Origin: Perna viridis
Taxonomy: Eukaryota
Assembly (NCBI GenBank): GCA_037379345.1
Contig: CM074518.1
Location: forward strand, 45,783,586-45,847,585
Reading direction: 5' to 3'
DNA length: 64,000 nt
In this document: positions 12,701-24,700 of the stretch, piece after piece
How positions within the stretch are numbered: the first letter of the stretch is position 1
Layout of the letters: each line of letters begins with the position of its first letter
Notes under the pieces: model-generated
Told to the model about the DNA's origin: nothing
Seen by the model: the letters and a program-made list of their open reading frames with translations, nothing else
The model's database searches: none
Program-made: the position numbers and the translations under genes

Positions 12701-15700
12701 TACAATGTTTCCTGATTTTGTTCCACCACAGCCTAGAATTCCAGTTTCATTGAAAAAACTAAAGCTTGAAATGGACAATCCTGTAGTAGCGGGATCTTTA
12801 AGAAAAACTAAACAAGAGATTAAAAAGCAAGAATCCCAGACATTAGTTTTCCAAGAGCCTTTGCCTGTTGGTAAGTAATATTAATATTATGTTATGCCTG
12901 ATGGTAAGTAGTATTAGTAGCACGTTATGCTGTGGGTACGTAGTATTAGTAGCATGTTATGTCAACTAGTATCCTTTCAGTTATTATGTTGATGGTAAAG
13001 TTCACAAATAAAGTAAAATGGTAAAGTCTAAAGGAATCTACCAACCAGCAAACTTAATGGGTATCGGATCGTCCAGTCATGACGATGCAGCACAAACAAA
13101 AATATATAAGTCTAAAGGTATTGTACAACTATACCGATAAAGATGTTAACACACTATAATAAAATATATATTGGGCAAAATTTTCAGTCAACAAATGACC
13201 TTCAATGCCTTAAATAAATTGAGTGTGTATGAAAGTAACCTAATCAGGTGAATACCTGTGACGTATAAAATTTTATCGACAGTTACAAAGATCTTGAACA
13301 TTGTGTTGTGTTGTGTGTTGATCTTCAATACTGAACTATAAAACTACAAATATTTACAAACACTGTTATAAGAAACTATACAAAATAGGAAAAACTTAAT
13401 GTTTTTTGTTACTTCCGTGTGGGTGTAAAACACGGAGTTCTTTTATCCAAAATCCCTCCCGTTTCACTCTCTGTAGATCGCTCCAGATCGTGTTTTGTTC
13501 CACGATGAAGATTTTCATTTTGTTCATTTTGTTGAAATCATCGAGGCAGTGGTTAGGTAATCTGAAGTGTTGACTCACTGGGAGTAAAGGCTTTTTTGTT
13601 AGGTCGCTCCTGTGTCCGTTCAAGCGCTTGTGAAAAGGCTGTTTAGATTCACCAACATATTGAAGGCCACAGATGGGACAGTGGAGCAAATATATTACAT
13701 TAGCACTCTTGCAGTGTACGTTGCAAAATATTTTGTAGCGTTTCCCGGTGACTGTGCTGGTGAATGATGACGAGTGGTGCATTTGGTTGCAACATTCACA
13801 CCTTTTGTCACCACATGAGCGACTCTCGCCTTGAGTCAAGTTGAGCTTAGATATTTCAGCCCTCACAAATGGACTACGCAAACTGTCTGGCTGTCTGAAA
13901 GCAATCATAGGTGGTTCAGGAAAGACTTTCGATAATGTTGAGTTTCTCTCGACAGAGGCCCAGTGCTCACGAATGGTGTTGTGGCTGTTTTTAAGGCAGA
14001 GGTGGTATGTTAGAACACAAGGGGTTCTTTTACATTTTTTCTTTGCCTTGTACTATAATAGACTACTTCTTGGGATATTGTGAATTGTTTGGAACCCTTC
14101 TTTGATGGTTTTGTATCTATATCCCCTTCTTCTTAAATTGTTCTTCAGTTGACCTTTTTTTAAGGATTCGTCATTTGAACAAATGCGTCTTAGCCTAAGA
14201 GCTTGACTAAATGGTATACATATATATATATGACATGCATCATTAATTTGATCCTCTATCCTACATAATAACACCTAGATGAACTGTCCCGTACTACCAT
14301 ACATCGTGTACTAAGTTACAGCCCTAGATCAATCCTACGAGATTGACCCGACCAGCGAAAGCTATATTTTTATATAGCCTAGCTGGCCGAGTTGTCTAGG
14401 GGGCTTGACTTAGTGCAGGCGGTGTTGCCATAGATGTCACAGCGGTACGAGTTCGAGTCCCGCGGAGGGAACGACCAAAAATTTGCATCGCAAATTTGAC
14501 AGTTCTAACATCGTTGAGAATTTTTCAGACCTTGGGACAAGTAAGATATGTAAAGTTAACTTTATTTACACTCTCTATTGCAATGGAATTGGTTATCTCC
14601 AACAGACAATGCATTCTTTAAAAGCATTATCTAAAACAACATTAAGGTTTCTATTTAGGTGCTTTTGAAATTTAAAAATAGCAATTAATTTTCTTTTTTT
14701 CTATCATAATCACACTTGTCTGGTTCTGATAAAAATAACTTAGATACAACTTCATAATTACTAGAAAATGAACTTTTTTATTATTGGATTAGTGTACTTT
14801 ATACGCTAGTATTAAGCATTGCCCTGAATTCCTGAACAGTTGTTTTTGTTGTCGTGTTGTTTTAGATATTTGTCATGGATGTAAAATGGATGGTGGTGTC
14901 GGCTATACGAATCATCCAACGTCATGTGACCGCTTTGTAGTCTGTTATCCGACATATGGAGGAACTATGAAACCAGTCACTCAACTTTGTCCCTATGGAT
15001 TATTTTGGAGCCAGTCTGCTCTTACTTGTAAATTGTCTAGAGACGTATATTGTCCGCACGGTAATAAATTTAAGTTGAATTTAAAAAGGTGTTAGGTACA
15101 TTTATCGAAAGTTTTGGAGAACATGATGTTACAACGTTTTGTATTGTTTCCAAATTGTGAAATTAAATAATTTTAAATGATATGTTACAAACCTGATGAC
15201 TCAAAATGAAGTCTTTCATAGAGGTAAACAGTAAAAATGAAATAATAACAAACAGTAGTCATCTCGATTGATATCTCCTATTTGAATACAGTAAGTGGTA
15301 CCGATAGAGGTAGAAATTAAACTTGGGTATAAAAAGAACAATTTTCGTTCGTCATATTATTAGCTAAATAGCCATTCAGTGGACAAGCCAGGTATAAAAC
15401 CCATAAAATCCGTACCCAGTAACTATATAATTATTAAACGAATTTACCCCATCGATGACCTACACATGCAGTCAAACTGGAAAAACAATGATAGTAATTT
15501 GACTGGGAATTGCTAAAACGGGGACCTGATATAAAATGCCGACCGTGTATATGAATAACATGGTTCGTCTCAACGTGGTGCTAATACTGGGAAGTTATAT
15601 TAGAGGTTTTTTTTCAGAGTAGGAGTAATTTCTGTTTCAGAGATCTGCAAGTTCCAATCAGACAAATACCAATATGCCAGTAGGCGTACTTGTCGATCGT

Positions 15701-18700
15701 TCTGGGAGTGTCAGGCAGGCAAATCAGTACCAAAATGTTGTCCCTGGGGATATTCCTTCCTGGATGGTATTGGCTGTATTGAAGACCCATCGTGTGAGAT
15801 TCCTGATATTGCCTGTAACTTGAATCCTAAGGATTATATCATTGAATGGGGAGGTAACTCAATTCCTGTTAAATATTCTTCCATATTGAAAAAGTAATTA
15901 TTGTAGTGAATATCAAAATAATAAAAATATTCACTTGTCAAATTGTGTTTGGAGACAATACATTTTTTAAGGTTGTTCTTTCACGAATAAACCTTTTCTC
16001 ACACTTTATTGTTATTATTGGTTTGCATATAAGGTGAAAAACAACAACAAACAAAAAACACTAGACATCTCAATACATCATGTGTCGATTTCTCAAAAAG
16101 TCGTGTGAAATTAATCGTACATTATGACGTCACAATGCTATTTTAGGTTGTGACGTCATTATTTACTTGCTTATCTACTTTAAACTTACGATTTTGTGAA
16201 ATTGACGCCTAAAGAATGAAAGGAGATAATGAGATATTATTTGTTTGTTTTCTTTTTCCATTTTTGATTTTTTTTTATAATTATTTAGCATTTAATATGA
16301 ATTATAACAGCATACAACACTTTGAAAGAAGTAGTGTATTAATGGTATAGTCGATCTTAGTTAATAAATGTCATGTCTTAAGTGCTATGAATATATGCCG
16401 TTTTTATAACAATAAAACCCTTTTCTTAATCTTTGTTTCATAGATAACCTTTTTCATCTCAACTTTGAATTTTATATAACGAAAATTGGAAATAATGAAT
16501 ATGTCAAAGAGACAAGAATTCCACGGGAAAGAAAAATGACAGCCCGAGGCCACCCATGGGTCTCCAATAAACGACGAGGAAACCCGCAGACCACAGGCCA
16601 GGCTGCAGCTTGTCCCAAAACAATATTTTACACAAGTACAGGGAGATAGTTGCCCCTATATACTCAGCAACATAAAAGTATACAGAAAGCGAAAACGTTA
16701 TATTGATTAAATATCGGTAAAAAAAAAACCAAGGCGTTAACAATGGGATAATTCAGATACGTAAAAAAATACAAAACATGGCCTAAACGTTAACGTACTG
16801 TTGATTACTCACCAAAGTCTCGTTACATTAATGTAACAAATGTTAAGCTGGCCAAATATCTTCAAGGGGTGTGTGATAAAAGACAAATCGTTGGCAAGAG
16901 AGGTGAATATGAAAGAAGGCTGGGTACTTTCTGGGTAAAGGAAAACTGTCCACCAGGATGGATGTATCAGATTGAACTGTGTGAATGCACAAGAATATCA
17001 GAATTAGAACCACCAACATATACCTTTGAAGGACACAGTGAGTTAAGTTCATACAATATAATCACCTTCGTTTCTTATTAACGATAGTTTTCAAGTTTAA
17101 GACGGTCAGAACTAACCGCAATTTTAGTATTTTTGCATATTTCAGAATAAGAGGACCGCTTCAGTTATATCACTTTGTTCAATACGATGCAAAATTTACG
17201 GTATATTCTTGGATAGAGATTATACACAACACGTTGAATGATACTTGGTGTTTCTTTCTGTGAGAAGGTTAGTTGAAAATAGTTTTTACGTAATACAAAG
17301 AAAATCCGATTAATCAGTTTTAGATATATTGATTAGTTGTATATGTAAGTTTGTTTCCATTTTTGTCATGTAATATATATTTCATTTCAGCGTGTGTCCC
17401 CGAGGTTTATCTCCCTTTCACCACAGATTTCTTAGACTATTCCGGAAACAATGTTTATGTTAGAGTTGACAATGCTAGCCTATCTTCCGGTGCAGCATGC
17501 TTTGATGGAAAGAGCGCACTTGCTGTACCAGCATTTGCAAATATGGATTATGGAGATACATTTTACCTTCACGTACGCTATAAACAGCGTAACCCCGGAA
17601 ATGACCTTCAGACCCTTGTTTTTAACGGAGACTGTGAGAAACGTCATTCTTTTATGCTAGGAACAAAATCAGTTGGGAATTATCTTTCTTTAGTCAGTAG
17701 TTTAAATGAAGAAAAGAAGATGTCAGTGAAATCAAAGGTAAATGAGTAAAATTATATTCATATACTCCAATGTCCTGACTTAATTCAGTCTAAACAGTCT
17801 AAATGTGTTCGTACCTTTTACACAAGCAGTATATATCCTGCCTATTATGCTAACGTTTAAATATTTGACCCAGAATACTACCTACCAAATCTGGTTTATG
17901 TTGCAGTTCAAGGCGGTAGGATTTCTCTATGGTTTTTAGTTATATTATTCAATTTGTCTCAACTTCACTTTTATATTCTTCCTATGTTTTGAATATTTCA
18001 TTATTAAGTTCTAGACTATACATATAACACTGGCGTTAAGCTACTTGAATTAGATAACGTAGATTTTCAGTATTCGTAAGTACTGAGTATTTAGTCATTG
18101 TCAACTTGATTTTTCATGATTAGGTATTGATCTAGAATTGAGTGATGACAATGAATAGTAAACGGTAATAAATTTAGGTACGAGTATTTTCCAAAGTCAA
18201 AAGAATTCATTTTAAGATCCACAATTACCCGAGTTACAGTGCATATCATTAAAACAGTGTCCGGTTTAACAAAGATTCGATATGGACTATTTTCATTTTT
18301 TTCAGCTTTAAATGAAATCAATGGAAAAATATTTTAATCAGAACTTTGATTTAAGACATCATTATTCTGAAAACGTTAACAGTATGTGGCGTTTAGGTTG
18401 CATATACTTAAAGAAGCTGATGCTATAAATAAGGTTAATTTTTACGATAATGGTCTGAACGATTTACTAGATCTTAAGTTTGCTAAAATAGTAATATCAA
18501 TGATCAAAGAAATGATTGTATTTATTTGAAGAGGATATCTAACGATAAATTAATTTTTCCACGAAGCACAAATAATACCTATATACATTTATGTATAAAA
18601 ACGTATCAAATGGCTCAGGATACTACAAACATAAAACGAATACATTTACTGGTTTTCAAGAAGCAACTAAATTATTCATCTACTTCTACGACTATACTTG

Positions 18701-21700
18701 AGTGTGATTGTCAAACGGGGGTATACACAATTGCTAACAAAGACACGCGCTAACAAAATAATCCTTATTACCAATTATTTGTGTCCCAGGTCTTAATAGT
18801 TGCAATAAAATTGTACACGATGAACGATAAATATTCTTATTAAAGAAAATTATATCATTGCTAAAATAAATCTTGATAAAACTGATAGAATTATTTTATC
18901 AGCACAATTATTAATTTTCCAAGCACAACTCGGAGACGTCTTGGTAGAAATTCATAATCCAAAATTCACAATCGTTTAGTATTGATGAATGGCTTGTGTA
19001 ATCAACTGTTTCTGTTAACATGTCATCATCTGCTTCAAACTTAGTGTAACAAAAGACGTTCTAAGCTGGCTTTTATAGTTTTAAATGAGAGTGCAGAATG
19101 TATGGAAGTCATAAATAATTGGCATTTATTTTAATTCTTCCGAATAGTATTTTATCATGCAGACTACGGGCTGGGGCCCTTTAAGTTAAAGACACGATTT
19201 GAATATTCAATGTCACGTAATACTTTCGTTTGCTTCATACTATGTCTGGAAATGACATTTTTATTCAATACATGAAGCTCGTTCTAGATATAAAGCATGC
19301 TAATTGATTTCTCTACAAATAAATTAAAAATTGTGAATATTAATCCGACCACATAATTGTAACTTTCCTCTCTGAGGAGAATGTAATGAATTATTTTAAA
19401 ATTGGAAACCATTTTTTCTGATCTACTTTTGTGCATGCACAATTGTTATTTCTAATATTTGACGATAAGTTACTGGTTTTTGGTTGTTGACGATAGAATT
19501 ATGGAATGTATGACGTCCATTTAAAAAAAAAGTAAGATAGAAGAACTTTTTATTTGTTTTATTAATGGTAATATGGGATTGGGTTTGAACTTGTTAATTA
19601 TTTAAAATGATTTAATTTTATATGATATTTTGACCTATATAATGAAATGCCATGTGACCGCATGCAGGTAGTTTTGGGAGGTTATTGATTAAAAAATAGA
19701 TGATTATTTTGCACTTGAATTCAAAGCGAATAGTAATAAATTTGTCTTCTTTGATTTAAACGTAATTTATACTGTAACAAATATGATTGGGCAGCAGGCT
19801 AAGCCGTTTCAGGCCCTCTTCATAAAACAAAATCTATTTATATATCTTATTATCAATTTATTTGGTTCAAAACACATTAATGAGACATATAATAAAAATA
19901 AAGAGACGGTATATCCTAAAAAGTAAGAATGGTATTTTGAGAATAAAATTTCAGTGTAAGATAAAATTAATGACTTTATGTATGCAGATTTGTACATGAA
20001 AAAAAACTGCACAACATTTTCTTCGATTATCAACACATTTCAAAGTATTGAATACAAATAAAATAAAGAGGTTATTATCAGCATTGAAACTGTGCAATTA
20101 AATTAAGATGAAGTGATCATGATAGCAACAAGTGTTTTCATTCTGAGAAAATAACACCTACATTCGGGATTAGAGAATTAAAAAAAAACACTAATATAAA
20201 ACAAGCAAAAAAGAAAAAAAAACAACAAAGGACAAAAAAAAAAAAAACAACGCTAAAAGATGACAAAATATAGATATAAGGATAAAAGAAATGTTTTCTA
20301 AACAAACAAAAAATGTTTTATAGAATTGAAATTCGAGATGATGGGATTAGATAGTGACTAAAAGTACAAATGTAGCTTCCAAAGGTCAAATGAAATGTCT
20401 TGATGTTTTGAATGTTAATGTTACGCAGCCTTATAGAACCTTCTTTTCTTCTTATAAACTCTGGAACTTCTTAAACTATGCTTACATTTTCTGCTAAACT
20501 AAGACTAATCACCCCGAATCACAAATATTCCAGAGTTACATCAATATTTCTAGATAAGAAAGATAATTAATAAACTTCTTGTAACAAGATAAACAGAATG
20601 ATGAAAGACAAAATGTTCATTTTCTTCACATTCATACTCACATTTTTGTCAAGAAGAATCATTTGGTAAAAATTCATTGAACAGATGATAATTCAATTTA
20701 CTAGGTTCATTTGCAAATCGAAAGAAGAATATTATAACACCATAAGCATAATAACTGGGAGGTTTTTTAGGCGTATACTTCAGCACCTGCGTAAGGAGTG
20801 TTCATATCACAACTCATATGTTATGCCTGAGCTTGTCGTAACTACGCAGACTTTTTTTTCATCGCACTAGACTTCTTACAATTAGACTTCTGAAGCATGG
20901 TTATGTAGCTACAATATTGAAGTCATCACTACAGAAGTTTCATGGTCGTCATCATGAACTCATGGATCGTTATGGTGTATCCATCTGCACCAAGAAAACT
21001 GGTTTTTCAACGTGTCATAGTTTTCCTTTCCTCTTTCATCTACCCCGGACTTGACTTTGTATGAGCAACTCGGCGGGTGTTTCTAGAAAAGCAGAGGACA
21101 CTTACCCTACCGGTGCACCGGTCCAGGCTCCCAGTTTTTAGTGGAGTCCGAGTTCTCATTTACTTTTGTCACTCTGTTTGTATTTATTTTAGTAACTGTA
21201 TGTTCTTTGTTGTATTTGTTTTCCATGTCTGGTATTTGTCCCTGGGTTACATTCTTTCGATTTCCCCTAGAATCTTGGTTCCCTTGATTACTCTTGCACT
21301 AATATGGTACTAGTGTCAGGATCCAGCATCCTCGGTGCTAGAGTAAAGTTCATCCGAAAGCTTAATAGTAGAAGGAATTTAACTTTTGTATTAAGACACC
21401 GTTTTATATAGAGTCAATACTATTTTTTGAAAATTTTACATTAGATGATAAGTGGGGAAAACATATGAACGAAATCGCGCAGTTAAGAAGAGACATAACG
21501 ATACAGTATTTTGTAAAAAAAACCGTATGCTGTAACTTTGACCTTATTCAGGCACCAAAGGTCTGGCTTAGTAGACGCAAGGTTGTCCATGAGTTATGTA
21601 TTTCTAAGAGTAATCAAGGGAACCAAGGTTATAGCGGTAATCAAAAGAATGTAATCCATGGACAAAGACCAGACATGGAAAACAGACATACACAACAAAG

Positions 21701-24700
21701 AACATAAAGTAATTAAAATTATACATACAAAGTAACAAAAGCAAATGAGCAACTCGGACTCCACTAAAAACTGGGAGTGATATCAAATGTGGTCGAAACA
21801 TTTCTCTTAATTAATTTAAAAAAGCAAAATACGTTGTCGCAAGTCCTTATATGTATCTTTTCTCTTCATTTTGACTGTCAACACATGATGAGCTTGAAAT
21901 TTCATAAATATAAATGTATTGGTTTTCATTAAAAGCCAGCACCATTCATGAGTTTTAAAGGTTCAAATGAAATTTTCTATTTCTCCGAAGTTTTACTTTG
22001 AATAGTAAATATAACAATTTATGCTATATACAGTTCTACAAATACGAAATACACAAGTTTTACCAGTAAGCGAAATAAATGCTTCGCACATAAATATCGA
22101 GAACAAATGCTTGCTTGTTTATTTCAATACAAAACCTCGTGAAACATGATTGGGCAATATAACCGTGTATTTGCGCCGAAGCCATGTAATCATTTCCGGA
22201 AAGGAACTGAAGAATTCCAAAATTGACGCCGTAAACATTACCAAGTCGACAGATGCAGATAATTAACAAATACATTTTATTTGATGTTTAAACTGCCAGA
22301 TGGATAGTATGCAGATGATATAAAATGTATGAATTACAATAATACTTGAATTAATGAAGATAAATTTGAATGTAAGATGTAAATGAACTTGTTCTAATTT
22401 TGTTGACATTTTGTCGATATTAGAAATTGTTCATATCAAATGAATTTCTTAAGGAATGCATTTTGTATGTACAGGCACACAAAGATGGCTGAAATATTCA
22501 TTAGAGTTAACGCGTTAGTGAAAGTTCGTGCTATATAATAGCTGTGCGGAACAAATTTTAATGCACTAATCCTATATTATCAAATTTGTATTTAATAAAA
22601 CCATATTGGTTTTAAGGATTTTGCACTTGAAAATGGCTTATCCTCGTGATGGTGATATTAATATTTGAACTGAGTCTACTTAGCATTAAACACTTTCTAT
22701 TCGGCTGTAACTGTTTCATGTCCCTATATTAATAGAAAAAAGGAAAAGAGAACAACAAATGCATCATTTATAAAAACAATAAATACTTACAGAGATCACC
22801 AAAAGGTCTTCAATAAGTGTAAAAACACCTTTAAGTAAGCTCTGAAAGGTCTCGACTTTAAAAGTAATAAACCTCATGGTAATAGAATGATGACACTTAT
22901 TCAAAATAAATTCAAAAGTCAAATAACGACACGAAAACACATACATGACTGTGGACAGGTGCATGTCAGCAGTGGGGATTAAACTAGTTTTATAAGGCCT
23001 TAACAAACCCCTTTTATATAAGGTCAAAAATAAACTGAAACAAAAAATAAAACACACGATAAAATTCACTCAGTAATATATCCCATTCCTCGTCATGGAA
23101 TACCTCATCATGGAACATTTCTATAGACAAAATGGGATATTAATTAAAAAAAAAAAGCTGGCGCTCACTAAAAAATAGCTCAGAACATATTCAAGAGTTA
23201 TCAAGGGTACCGAGATTCTAGCGGATAACTTCTGTAGTGATGACTTCAATCTTCTACAATAAGTATATTTAAGGTGTATTATCTGTGGGTTATGCATTTG
23301 GTTGTTTTACTTGATTTTTTAATATCTGGCTAATTAGTTTTAATGCTTTTATGGTCTCATCACCGTTTTTTTTTAATTTTTGGAGTTGTCGATACGACTT
23401 AACGATACACTTTTATCAAATGATCTAATCATATTAGATATTACTAATTATGTTCACGGAATGAGAAACAAGTAGTCTAAAGGAAAGAGATATAAACTAC
23501 ACGGACAAATGAGGAATAATATCTGAATTTTAACATTGTAGAAAAAAATAACAGACTGGAGGGATGTTTGGATAAAGTTTGAGAGGGGAGAACTTATTAT
23601 ACAATCCAATGACCACACCGAAATGATGCCGATGAAAGGTAAGAAGACTTCTACAAATTATAACACTTACATGGTGTCAATTGAAAGATTTGAATTGACG
23701 TCTACAACCCAATGACAATTTTAAAATGATGCCAAAGACGTATATATTCGTATGAAAGTTTTATTTAATATTCTGGATCATAGTAAAGCACATCGTATAC
23801 TTTTCAGTCCATTTTTTGTCTAAAAAATTGAAAACAGTTCAAAATGGCAATGAAATAAAATAATTTTGTAGTTATTTGTAACTAACGATTAATCATTGAG
23901 CTAACACTCATATTATATACCCGTTTTTGTTTCAATACCAATTCACGACAATGCAAGTCGTTTTACGAGAAGCAGAATTACCGCATGTGGTTTGTTTATT
24001 AAATGTAAGAAAAAAGTAAAAAAAAAATAATACTCAAACGATGAATTTTTCTATTTGCTCTCTACTTGTATTTAAAGCTGTTATTCAAACCGTTGTCGAG
24101 CTTCGGATGCTACCTTAAGTTCACGACCGTTACTGTTTACAGGAAAGGTGTAAAAGGACTTACATATATTTAAAAAATATGTGTAGAAGCTCTACAGCTG
24201 AAGGTGCATTAATTTTACTTTCAAATCAAAGAAAATCATAAATCAGAATTGTTAGGAAACGGAAATAGAAAAGGTGTTCCGAAATATTTCAAAAATGCAT
24301 TTCAAAACCATAAAACTATTCAATTGTTTAAATCTGTGCAATCAAATAACCGCACCAAAACAATGACGCCGCTAAATTGAAAGTTGTTTGTTAGTTGGAG
24401 CCAGTATTGCAAACAATGTGGGGATAAATCATTTTTATTTTGATCAATTATATTTTAATAAGTGCAAGTATGCAGAAATGGTTAAAGGATTTAAATGAAT
24501 CATGTTTTGAAAACAAATTTTGACAACAAACTTTCAACCAATTGAAACATTAACATGTAGACACTATATACAATGTATTAGGGCATAAATAATATTGTAC
24601 GTATATACTTATGACAGTACATACAAGTTTTAAGTCATATTTAGTTTCATTGTGTATTCTGAGGTGTTTATTTCCTTTGCACATTAAATTCGTTTGAAAG

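Noticed and set aside
11702-12778. Four minus-strand ORFs
   Set aside because: Antisense shadows of the gene A large exon
12990-13395. Search for a hammerhead ribozyme downstream of the GIY-YIG ORF
   Set aside because: No CTGANGA...GAAA core with supporting stems found by eye on the minus strand
14376-14470. Functional tRNA gene
   Set aside because: A/B boxes are present but there is no acceptor or anticodon stem pairing; treated as a repeat head
18306-18430. Strong acceptor (ttttttcag) as the next gene A exon
   Set aside because: Immediate stop in the required phase; the exons at 23542, 26888 and 27787 complete the LamG domain instead
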